In this document: positions 54,061 through 64,000 of the stretch, one piece after another
Numbering within the stretch: position 1 is the stretch's first letter
Layout of the letters: every line of letters begins with the position of its first letter
Origin: Eledone cirrhosa
Lineage: Eukaryota
Direction of reading: 5' to 3'
NCBI GenBank assembly: GCA_964016885.1
Contig: OZ024742.1
Coordinates: 225,680,001 to 225,744,000 of the forward strand
DNA: 64,000 nucleotides
Program-made: the position numbers and the translations under genes
The notes under the pieces: model-generated
Databases searched by the model: none
What the model was told of the DNA's origin: nothing
What the model saw: only the letters and a program-made list of their open reading frames with translations

Positions 54061-56565
54061 TCATCATCATCATCATCATCATCATCAACGTTTAACGTCC
54101 GTGTTCCACGCTTGCATGGGTTTGGACGGGGGTAGTCCCACTTGAGGCAAGAGTGATTGTCTTGCTCGCATAGGACTGTCTGGCAGGTTTTCTACAGTTG
54201 GATGCCCTTCCTAACACCAACCACATTTACAGTGTGGGTCTGGGAGGTTTTTACCGTGTTGCCTACACGGCCACATTACAGCGTGGACTGTGTGTTTTTT
54301 TGTCGTGACACCTACACGATCTCATTTGTTTCGGCCTATGGCGCGGCACCAACATAACTTTACATAGAACGGGGTGGTGTGGATGGGGTGGGGGTGGTGG
54401 TGGTGGGACGGGGTGTATTTTGTTAGAGATGCCTACTGGTTGGAGTAGGTTTTACTATATATTTAGGTAAGGCGGGTCTTCTCTGTTACTGAGTACCGCC
54501 AAAGGTCTCGGTCCAGTGACATTGTCTTGGAGAGGTGTAAGTGTGTGATGTCGGAGTTTATCAGCTCGTCCCAGGTTTTTCTAGGTCTGCCTATTCCGTG
54601 ACTACCGTCTATCTTTATTGCCCTGCACTTTGTTATACAGCTATCGACTTTCATGCGCATCACGTGTCCATACCAACGTAACCTTCTCTCGAGTAAACAA
54701 CATCTGATCCCTCTTATCTCTAATTTTTTCCTTAGTTCGTTTATGCTTTGCCGTTCACGTATATTACTGTTACACATCCAGCGGAGCATGCAAGCTTCGT
54801 TCCTCTCTAGTCTGCGTATATCCTCTGCACACAATGCCCAGGTCTCACTGCCATGCAGCATTGCTGTTCGTATGCAGGCATCGTACAACCTGCCTTTCAT
54901 TTTTAGGGAGAACCCTTTAGCAGCTAATAGTGGTATAAGCTCTCTGAACTTTTTCCAACCAGTTCTGACTCTAGCTACAGTACTTTCAGAGCACCCTCCC
55001 CCACTGCTGATTTTATCGCCCAGGTAACGGAAGCTGTCCACTATTTCTATAGAACCCTCTGCGCAATTGAAAGAGCTAGTATTTTGTGGGCACTTGCTGC
55101 TACTTATTGCACCAGAACACCGGCCACATGTAAAATCTATGTTCTTAGTTAGCTTACCTGTGATCCCACTACATCTTTTATGCACCCATACTTTGCATTT
55201 AGGACATAAAATGGAGTTTCTACCTACGCCTTTCCTACACACCGAGCACGACCATTTCCCAGAAGGGACCGCCGCCTTGTTTTCTTTCCTACAAACTAGA
55301 ACTTTGGTCTTAGCCAGGTTAATTTTAAGTCCTTTTGACTCTAGGCCGTGCTTCCATGTTTGGAATTTCTTCTCTAGCTCGGCCATTGATTCCGCTATGA
55401 GTGTCAGGTCGTCTGCGTATAGGAGTTCCCATGGGCAGCCTGTCTTGAACTCCTCTGTTATAGCCTGAAGGGCAATAATAAATAGTAGGGGCCTGAGAAC
55501 AGAGCCCTGATGGACGCCAACTTTTACGCTAAACTCTTCACTATATTCGTTGTTAATTCTAACCTTGCTGACTGTTTCTTTATACATGGCTTGTATAGCC
55601 CTCACAAGCCATTCGTCAACGCCTAGTTTTCTAAGAGCCCACCAGATAATGGAGCGGGGGACTCTGTCGAAGGCTTTCTCCAAGTCGACAAAAGCTAAGT
55701 AGAGGGGTTTACCTTTAACTAGGTACTTCTCCTGTAGTTGTCGTACTATGAAAAGAGCGTCTGTGGTACTTTTGCCTGACACAAACCCGAACTGCATTTC
55801 ATCTAGGTCGATTCTCTCTCTGATTAGTTGCGCTATTACTTTTTCCGTGACCTTCATGACCTGGTCGATTAATTTAATGCCTCTATAGTTACTCCTATCT
55901 AGGGCGTCTCCTTTACCCTTATAACAGTTAACGATGATGCTGCTATGCCAGTCCTTCGGAACAACCCCATTCTGTACGACTTGGTTAACTATGCGGGTGA
56001 CCATGGTGTGTCCCACCGTGCCAGATGCCTTCAGCATCTCAGCAACTATTTCCGAAGGCCCAGCCGCCTTACCCGTCTTCATATCCTTGATTGCCTTACT
56101 TATTATACTCCCCTCGACTAACACTGCTGGTCCCTCTATTGGGTCGATATGGGGGAGACTGTCTTTCTCCCATTTATTCTCCTCATTTAGTAGCCTTTCG
56201 TAGTGACACTTCCAAGCTACCTTCTTATCAGCGTCGGTGATGGCAAGTGTGCCATCGTCGTTTAGTACACACTTCTCCCCGACAATATCATGGTTTTCCT
56301 TGACGCATTGCCTAGCAATCCTGAACACCTCACGTTTTTGGTCCTCGCGTTGTAGAACATGCTTGAACTTTCTTTCCTCAGCTTCCCTTCTTGCTAAGTA
56401 CACTTGTCTCCTAGCTTCCCTCCTGGCCACTTGATAGTCTTCTCTACTTCCCCCATCCCGCCATACTTTCCAAGCCTGCTTTTTGGCCTTAATTGACCCC
56501 TCCACCTTACTGTTCCACCACCATGTTACTCTCCTCCTGCCTACAGGCCTGCTCCAGCCACAGAC
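54061..56565 (-). mobile_element. 5'-truncated RTE-clade LINE with uninterrupted RT frame, 3' UTR and (TGA)n tail
   Basis: Open frame from about 56565 to 54463 with WWWN, KGKGDALDRSNYRGIKL, QFGF, FVDLEKAFDRVP, GVHQGS, YADD, RRLRWYGHV and GRPRKTW. No endonuclease domain. Tail is (cat)n on + at 54061-54087. Confidence 0.95.
54463..56505 (-). CDS. RTE LINE reverse transcriptase (partial ORF2) with an internal PHD-like Cys/His finger
   Basis: 680-aa ORF from the track. YADD at 55408-55419 and a CxxC...CxxCxxxxHxxC...CxxC motif at 55117-55248. Confidence 0.88.
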   Translation of the reverse strand: MEGSIKAKKQAWKVWRDGGSREDYQVARREARRQVYLARREAEERKFKHVLQREDQKREVFRIARQCVKENHDIVGEKCVLNDDGTLAITDADKKVAWKCHYERLLNEENKWEKDSLPHIDPIEGPAVLVEGSIISKAIKDMKTGKAAGPSEIVAEMLKASGTVGHTMVTRIVNQVVQNGVVPKDWHSSIIVNCYKGKGDALDRSNYRGIKLIDQVMKVTEKVIAQLIRERIDLDEMQFGFVSGKSTTDALFIVRQLQEKYLVKGKPLYLAFVDLEKAFDRVPRSIIWWALRKLGVDEWLVRAIQAMYKETVSKVRINNEYSEEFSVKVGVHQGSVLRPLLFIIALQAITEEFKTGCPWELLYADDLTLIAESMAELEKKFQTWKHGLESKGLKINLAKTKVLVCRKENKAAVPSGKWSCSVCRKGVGRNSILCPKCKVWVHKRCSGITGKLTKNIDFTCGRCSGAISSSKCPQNTSSFNCAEGSIEIVDSFRYLGDKISSGGGCSESTVARVRTGWKKFRELIPLLAAKGFSLKMKGRLYDACIRTAMLHGSETWALCAEDIRRLERNEACMLRWMCNSNIRERQSINELRKKLEIRGIRCCLLERRLRWYGHVMRMKVDSCITKCRAIKIDGSHGIGRPRKTWDELINSDITHLHLSKTMSLDRDLWRYSVTEKTRLT

Positions 56566-57306
56566 TTATATATAATGTATAATAAACAATACAATATAAT
56601 TACCTCATTACCAGAGGTTTCCCGAATACAAGAAACGTCCCAATTCGTTCGTCAGACAAGACAATTTAAAACATAGTGAAATATTTGAAAAATCTCAAGG
56701 CAAAAGTTTAACGGGCAAAAAAAATATATACACATATAAGTATGAAAGCACGCGTATAAACACGCGCAACCACATACATATACGTGATATATACAGGGAA
56801 GGTGTGTATCAGCCAAAGCAGTGTCAGGCTGAAGATCGGTTCAGATATAAAAATATAAAATATGAAAATGAAAAAAATATGAGAATAAAAAAATAAAAAA
56901 CACAAGTGACATGTGGTATCAGGTAGTGAAAGAAAAAGGGGAAGTAAAATCTGTAAAATTGTGAAGATTTAATGTAAGTGAATCAAAAAGCAGGGGGGGG
57001 GGGGGGGAGTCACTGGTGGATGTGAAGTAAAAATAAAGTTAAAAATAAAAATAAAAGTAAATCAGAAAGAGAAGTCTGTAAAGAAGGTAAGTTAAGGAAA
57101 GTAAAGAACAAGAGTTTATGGAGGATAAGTATCTGGAAAGCAAGTGTGATTTCATGGGTGGGCAACTGGTGAAAATTTCTGTTTTTGCATTTAGGCAGGT
57201 TTAGCGAGTAATATATATATATGATGGTTGGAAAATCACTGACGAAGGACTATTTTTATCATATGTAACCCATGTGCAACCACGCAGTATTCTTCTTTCT
57301 TCTCAT

Positions 57307-57356
<50 letters not shown>

Positions 57357-57543
57357 ATAATAATAAATTTGAAGACTAAAATCCAAAGAGGGCTCGATAA
57401 GGATAAATATATATCAAATATATAAGAACCGTAGAGCAAATATTTATTAAAATAACAGATTAAAGTTTAAGCAAAGAATCACTGCTTTCACCCTTAACGG
57501 GATCTGCTGAAATGGTTTCATGTGACTCCATTATATATATAAT

Positions 57544-57887
57544 GGAGGCACATGGCTTAGTGGTTAGAGCATTGGCCTTGCAATCGAAAGGTTGTGAGTT
57601 CAATTCTCAGACTGGGTGATGTGTTGTTTCCTTGCGCAAGACACTTTATTTCACATTGCTCCAGTTTACTCAGCTGTAGAAATGAGATGATAGGGACTGG
57701 GGTCCATATCATTCCACTGCAAAGTGGTCGTGCAGGTGCCATGGCAAAAAAAAAAAGCACCCAGCACTCACTGTAAATGAGGTTGGTGTTAGGAAGGGCA
57801 TCCAGCTGTAGAAATCAAGCCAGAATCAGTTCCCGTCTCACCCTTGTAAGCAGGGAAAAAGCGGACGTAAAATGAAATGATGATGAA
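57544..57887 (+). mobile_element. tRNA-derived SINE with CORE-like centre and RTE-type 3' tail
   Basis: A box tggcttagtgg, B box gagttcaattc, central ccttgcgcaagacacttt. The tail ggttggtgttaggaagggcatccagctgtagaaa...ggacgtaaaatg...atgatg is shared with the RTE 3' UTR. Confidence 0.85.
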
Positions 57888-57890
57888 ATG

Positions 57891-57922
<32 letters not shown>

Positions 57923-58500
57923 CTCGCTGACGTACCCAGCTTCGCCCGCATAAACAGATGATAAGAGAAAACAGGTAGAAGAGAAAACGACTGTATTGGA
58001 TGTTTGTCTGATTTACTGTATGAGGTGTGGTTTACAGTATAAGGTGAGACCGTGTGACACCCCCCCCCCCCCCAAAAAAAAACAGTAAAAAAATCTTCCT
58101 TATAAACCATATTCTTCGTTTTACCGTTCATGCATAGAATATGAAGATTTCTAGATGATCCCACACGTGAACAACCTACATATAACTGCCCATGGGTAAA
58201 AAGCGATTACATGTATTCAATTCTACAACTTTGAAACTCTGAGCTTTATTTATGGCAAAACTGGCTCTAACAGGGAACTGAAGTCTTGAGAATTAGAAAG
58301 GCAGGGCGGTAGAGAAAGGAATAAGTGGAAACTTGGGAATAAATGCATTTTCTCATTGATGATTGCCTCCAAAGATAGTCACCTCTAGTTGAGGGTTCAT
58401 CATCTGTCTGACAGTAAAGCATGTGTCATTGCATAGACGTGGTTGGTCCGCGTTTCTCAAAAGGATGATGGAAGTTCAAATCTTTTATATTATATGTAGA
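57923..58500 (-). mobile_element. Short internally deleted Helitron with helicase C-terminal remnant
   Basis: A|TCTACATATAATATAAAAG 5' end; FTHGQLYVGCSRVGSSRNLHIL...KTKNMVYKE; 3' end cgggcgaagctgggtacgtcagCGAG|T (degenerate CTAG). Confidence 0.75.
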
Positions 58501-59081
58501 TATAGATATATAGATATAGATAATTGTATATAAATGTGCGCGCGCGCGCACTTGAGTGTGTGTGTAAACCAGCGTCCAAATCGTGTGTTTAATTCTCTGT
58601 GTATCTGATCAAGTATTTACGTGAAGATGTGTATGTATGTAACTTACTAAGGTGTAATGTACGTAACCTATCGCGCAAGCAGACACATACACACTCATAT
58701 ACAAAATGTGACGTCGTCGTCGTGTTATAAAATATCCGTTTACTTATAGTTGTCTATAGTAGATTATTTTAGATAAAATATTATATTGTTTTAATCCAAA
58801 TAAAAATAAAAATTATATGTTGTCACTCCTGGGATCTAATACTATTATTACCTTGTAAAATTTGATTTGATTTGGTTGAGCCGTTTGGGATTGCATAAGG
58901 AAAAGACAGACAGAGAGACAAAGAATTTTATAGAGAGAGATTTAGAAAACTAAATTTAATAAATGCTTTATTTTATGTAAAAACTTATTGCTTAATAGAA
59001 TTACAGACATTAAATCAATCCACAGTTGTATAAATAGCATTGCAAATATTGATGGAACTATGAAAGAAAAAGAAAAAGAAA

Positions 59082-59132
59082 AAGAAAAAGAAAAAGAAAA
59101 AGAAAAAAGAAAAAGAAAAAGAAAAAGAAAAA
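59082..59132. repeat. (GAAAAA)n polypurine repeat
   Basis: Seen directly. Confidence 0.9.
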
Positions 59133-59309
59133 AAGGGGGATACAGAGGAAATCAAGCAAGGAACAGAGGGGAGAAGGGCAGATCTGACTGTATAGGAAAG
59201 TAGGAGAAAGGGCTATAAATGCCATAAATCAGGGGAAAAGAAAGGAAAAAAGCAAGGACTATGAGGTCACGGAAGAAAGAGAAGGGGAAGGGAAGAAAGT
59301 GATAGGTTT

Positions 59310-59505
59310 GATGCCTGGGGTGTGGCGGTGTTTGGGCTGCACACCACGGACAAAACTGCAAAGGCATTTCTGCGGACAATGGCCAGTGACACTCGCTGCA
59401 ACAGCCACCCCACCTCGCAGATCTCCTTCCTCAGATGAGCTGCTGATGAGTCGATTTTACGGAGGAGCTCGGCAGTGTGAAGTCCGAGGAAGCAGCTGGA
59501 CAAGT
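59310..59505 (-). mobile_element. CRE-like non-LTR 3' fragment
   Basis: WLLQRVSLAIVRRNAFAVL, homologous to the 50720-51110 fragment. Confidence 0.55.
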
Positions 59506-59679
59506 CCTACTATCTACTTGTCTTTCTGTCCTTTGCATTGCAGGCCGCATTACCGAGGGTTGTAGCTGAAGCGATTAATTTGGAGGCGGAGAACATGTCA
59601 GCATGAAAGACGAACTGAAAGACAAAGTTGACTGTGGTGGGACTGATATATATCTGTATATAAATAAAAAGAGAGGACA

Positions 59680-59865
59680 GCTATCAGTAGAGGGCATCCC
59701 GCATGAATTGGGATGCGGGAAAACTGTGTCAGCTTATGCCGACGATGTCACCATAGTGGCATCTAGCGCCAAACACATGGAGGCGATAAAAACTGGGACG
59801 AGCTGATGAGCAGGGTGGCCTCTCTCGCCCAGAAATGGGTTGAGAGAGAAAGCTATCCCTAAAAT
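59680..59865 (+). mobile_element. Deleted Tx1/L1 RT fragment related to the 6287-12020 element
   Basis: GIPHELGCGKTVSAYADDVTIV matches GILLKLGCGKAVSAYADDITVM at about 10310-10380. The next segment matches 10590-10660. Confidence 0.75.
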
Positions 59866-60284
59866 AAGAACTACCATCCAGCAAAATTTAAGGACTTTGT
59901 ATGGAGCACAGTCACAAATTCATAATTTCTAACTTCTCATTTGATAAGAGGGATGTAACTTGACAACTGTTTCAATTTAATATTTTATAAATTATGACTC
60001 TTTGAGCATGCCTTAAAAAGGGTGTCATGTAATTTAATATTTAAAAAAAGATAGCTAAGATGGCGAAATAAAATAGCACGTTTAAAAATCTGTCTGATTC
60101 ATTTGTGTAAAACAACATGTCGACTATCTTTTGCTCTCTTGTTGTTGTTATTGTTGTGCAAGCTCACACCTACATAGATTTAATCAGTCTTCTATGAGAT
60201 TAAATCTTATAGGAACAGAGCTAGTGCCTGGGTATTTTAGTGCCACAGGCTTCTTCTTCTTGCTTTTGCTCAATGATAGCTGGG

Positions 60285-60548
60285 TCATCCTAAGCCAACG
60301 ATCCCAAAGCATCGTTGTGCGTAGAACCGACAAGGTCTGCCAGCACCCTCTATCGCTGGCAGTCCCATGCCAGCTCCTCTACATCCTCCAAGATGTCGAG
60401 CCTCTGAAGATCTTCCCTGATGACATCCAGCCATCTGGTGCGGGGCCTCTTCAATCCTGCAACTGCTGCGTTGAATGAGAGTAAGGCCAGGGTAGGATGA
60501 TCTGGTGGAAAGTGGAGGACATGTCCGTACCAGCGCATACAGCGGCCC
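60285..60548 (-). mobile_element. RTE-like LINE 3' fragment
   Basis: RWYGHVLHFPPDHPT...KRPRTRWLDVIREDL. Confidence 0.75.
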
Positions 60549-61044
60549 TACAATATATTCCTCACTTCTCCAAGTCATGGACTCCATTCTCTCAAATAAA
60601 ATAATCTCAGCTTACAGTTTGGCAAACTAATAAATCTAAAATTTGACACTTCTTGATCTGACTACACTAAGAAAATTACTAAATCTGTATTGTTTACTAC
60701 AATCCACACTTACCTACCTCCAAATCAAGTGACATGTTATAACACAATACAACTCCACCATCACTTTAGATATTTCTACAACATTGCTACACAGCAAAGA
60801 TGTTTAGTAATTTATTTATTGATTACAGAAATTATTATGTATTTATTCTAATTATAAAAAATTGTATAAAACAGTTATATGCTAGCCCTGCATAGTAGGT
60901 TTCTTGTGTGTTTAGTCCTATAAAATATCAAGCTATGCAATATTGAAAGTCAAAAGTTACAAATGCCTCAGGCAAGCACAATAAAATTCCACCATTAACA
61001 CATTCTTGAATTTCCTTTACATCCATTATTGGGTTTCCCTAGAA

Positions 61045-61555
61045 CAGTTGATTGGCAGTATTGGTAGTGTTGGACACCATGCTTTGTGGCATATAGTTAT
61101 GTCCCTTTACATTCTGACTTCGAATCCTGTTGAGGTTAGCTTTGCCTTTCATCCTTACAGGGTCGATAAAATGAAGAATCAATAATTTACTGGGTCGATT
61201 CCCTCGCCCTTGTACCTAAACCAGAAACCATTGTTGGGTATCCATGGGGCGGTGGAAGCATTTTTGAATTGGGGCGATGGGGACAAATTTGGTCAATTTA
61301 GTTGTAGTGATTAGTTTAACCCTTTGCACTCTAAAATGCTTCGTGGTACAGAGTTAAGGCCCTTTATTTTCTGAGTTCAAATCTCGCCGAGGTTAACTTT
61401 GTCTTTCATCCTTATGGGGTCGATAAAATAAAGTACCAGTCACGCACGCACTGGGGGTCGATAAAATAAAGTACCAGTCACGCACTGGGGTCGATTTAAT
61501 CAACTTCTCCCCTCCCATAAAATTGCTGGTACTGCTGCCTAAATAAGAAACCATT
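61045..61555 (+). mobile_element. Tandem copies of a second abundant SINE family
   Basis: B-box-like gagttcaaatc followed by conserved aactttgcctttcatccttacggggtcgataaaataaagtaccagt. Other copies at about 12760-13185 (+), 19650-19835 (-), 26170-26260 (+), 36750-36880 (+), 38010-38170 (-), 41690-41815 (-) and 43190-43383 (-). Confidence 0.75.
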
Positions 61556-62297
61556 GTAATATAACAATAACAACAAAATAATTTTCTGTTGTTTACCAGT
61601 AAAGCATTTTCGTTGCTAAGCGTTCGTTGCTAAGGAGTTGGAATGGCCGCTTAGTGACTGTCAACAAGCGTTACATCTCACTAGATCTTACCTTACATAA
61701 CAAAATTATAAAGATATAATAAACGAGTTGTATTATTGGAAACACAATACGTTTGAAGTAAATAAAACAGACAAATTGTCAAATGATTAAATATATCTAA
61801 ATAAGAAAAATTATTACCCACAAATCCTGTGTTGTTCCTGACAACGAAATCCACGGAACTCCATGGAAGGCAATTTAAAGAATTTAGGTTTGGAAACTTT
61901 TTTGTTTGTTTACCTTTTCTCATTTGAATTTTCTCGTTATTATTATTATCTTTTTTTATTTTATTTCGTGTTGATATGTTCAATTTGTTGCTTCCACCAC
62001 ATAATGGCGAATTATTATTGCTCAGTTTCTCAATAAAGGAGGAATGTTATAAAAGTTCTCAGTTCTTAAAAAGTTTTTGAAAATGTGTATATTTTGAAAC
62101 CGTGGTGCATGGCTATAAAATTAGTTGCGGCGTTTATGCATACATGTATACAGGGCTGGATTTAGAATTTGGGATGGCTTGAGGCACTTCAGGTTTCGTG
62201 GACACCACACACACAAACAATTAAGATACACAACAAACCTCCAAGGTTACATTTCAAAGACGGCTTGTCGCATGTAATTAGAATTGTCAAGTTAAAC

Positions 62298-62314
62298 ATA
62301 CTTGCTTCGGCAGT

Positions 62315-62354
<40 letters not shown>

Positions 62355-62404
62355 GGCCACGGCGCAAGGATGAACGTAAATTCGTGAAGCGTTCCATATG
62401 TTTT
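62298..62404 (+). ncRNA. RNU6: U6 spliceosomal snRNA copy, probably a variant or pseudogene
   Basis: Full-length match to U6: 5' stem cttgcttcggcag, tactaaaattggaacgatACAGAGAagattAGCatggcc, gcgcaaggatga, aattcgtgaagcgttccata. Substitutions and a 1-nt deletion fall in and just after the internal stem-loop. Confidence 0.92.
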
Positions 62405-62871
62405 AGTTGTAGCGCACCTAAGCACTCTTCACAATAATTTCATTATTATTTTATAAAAATAATAGATAATAATTCTTCAGATAGAAAAGGTTACAAGTAT
62501 ATAATACAGGTGTTAAAACCAAAAAAATCTGCCCACCATCATTTTAAGGGCACTTTCCACATTGGCATGTGTGTCTGTGTTTGTATATATATATGAAGGA
62601 TTCTTCGCTACCCCTACGGCTGAGCTCCTGTCGTTTCAACAGCTAGATATAAACTGCTCGGATCTAGCTGTTGAGACGGCAGGAGCTAAGCCGTCGGGGT
62701 CCCGAATCCTTCATATTACCCACTCTACTATCCCAAGTATCGAGTACTCTGGTGACTAATGGTCTAACTGGTTTTTACTACATCCATTCTGATATATATA
62801 TATATATGAAACGTGAAACTAATAAGACTAGTAACCCTCAATCAGGTAATACAGGACGGAATCATACCTAA

Positions 62872-62990
62872 TGATGGTGCAAGAAGAGTAAAGGTGATGG
62901 TCTAGAAAGGAGCAACTACAGAGGAATAAAACTAATGGACCAAGTTATGAAAGTGACCGTAAGAGTTCTAGCTCTGCTAATTAGGAAAGT
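62872..62990 (+). mobile_element. Short RTE RT fragment
   Basis: Translates KSKGDGLERSNYRGIKLMDQVMKVTVRVLALLIRK, homologous to the 680-aa ORF. Confidence 0.75.
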
Positions 62991-63629
62991 ATTAATTATC
63001 ATGTGCGTAGTGTTAAGATATATTAATGTAATTTTTAATGTAGATATTTAGTATAATATTTAGCGGAGTGCAAATTTATCCAATTCTTCCTACCTGTGGT
63101 TTAGATGGTATTGTGTGTGTGTGTGTGTGTAAAACTAATAAGACTTTTTGTACCTCTGTAGAAAAACCTAGAAAAGAAAAAAATTCCCACTGAAGAAATC
63201 TTTGGGGCTTGGAAAATCCGAGGGTACCCTGCTGACCCCCCCCCCCCCATTCCGCTTGCAGAGAAAAAGTTGATTCCTTTTTATAAGTACTATATGTTGA
63301 AGGAAATACAGACCCCCCCCCCCATAAAAAAAACTCCATTTTCTCTCTCTCTGTATTTCAACAACAACAATCACCTGTCTTTTTAAATGTCTGTGTTGCA
63401 TTGTTGGACATACAAAAATACGCACACACAAACAACCCAAAAAACTATTTATATGTATTCTTTTTGTTTGTTCACACTTACATTTTAGTTAGTTAGAAAG
63501 AAGGGGAGGTGGAGTAGTATTTCTCTTCTTTTTCTAATTACTGAGAGGGTTGTGGGGGAAGAGCCCTAAAACACTCATTCCAGTGGGTCCAACTGATCTG
63601 GCTGGATCCCCAAGCATGACCAGCCAAGC

Positions 63630-64000
63630 TCATGGGTCTACCCTTGGGTCTCTTGCCCATAAAATCTGTTCAGCGATTCTTTCGTGAAACATTCTAACCA
63701 CATGCTCATAGTATCGGAGCTGTAATCTGTCAATTTGGAGAAGTAGCCACTCTACCTGGAGCAACTTACTGATCCCCAAGCTATGCACTTTATCGAGTAA
63801 CGTTACTCCAAAAACCTGCCAGAGGAATCCCATTTTGGCTGCTTGTATTTGTGATGTACACAAGATCTGCATTGTGTACATTTTATAGAATTTATGCCAG
63901 TTCCTTTTCTGCATATCGAACATGACCATTTCCCTGACAGAATCAGAGTTTTGTTCTCTTTTCTACTTATCAACACTTTTGTCTTAGCTAGGTTCACTCT
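63630..64000 (-). mobile_element. Internally deleted RTE fragment running off the window
   Basis: MNLAKTKVLISRKENK...GKWSCSICRKGTGINSIKCTQC is fused to a C-terminal QLRYYEHVVRM segment. Confidence 0.8.

Noticed and set aside
57544-57615. tRNA gene
   Set aside because: A and B boxes are present but the sequence continues into a SINE body and has no complete cloverleaf, so it is a SINE head.
58988-59203. KE/KR-rich ORF
   Set aside because: It is the translation of a (GAAAAA)n repeat.

Overview
This is eukaryotic, AT-rich, microsatellite- and transposon-dense animal DNA. The repeat families and exon/intron style suggest a cephalopod (octopus-like) genome, which is an inference. Two convergent spliced genes can be reconstructed by hand with GT-AG introns and consistent phases. 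RNF123/KPC1 contributes its last six coding exons on + (1216-19109, ending in a C3HC4 RING). A PEX26-like peroxin contributes four coding exons on - (53438-45327; terminal exon unresolved). The rest is mostly mobile DNA: a near-full-length decayed Tx1/L1-clade LINE in an RNF123 intron; many RTE-clade LINE copies, one with a 680-aa open RT frame carrying an internal PHD-like finger; CR1, CRE and R4-like fragments; tRNA-derived SINEs; several Helitrons; piggyBac-, hAT- and Tc1/mariner-type MITEs; hairpin elements; minisatellites; and a 1.6-kb (TA)n tract. A diverged U6 snRNA copy lies at 62298-62404. The most notable observation is a non-autonomous Helitron, nested in a larger relative, that carries a 27-bp tandem array of NRF1/Erect-wing-type GCGCATGCGC palindromes. 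Most entries in the supplied ORF track are artefacts of repeats. All family assignments come from recalled motifs, not database searches.
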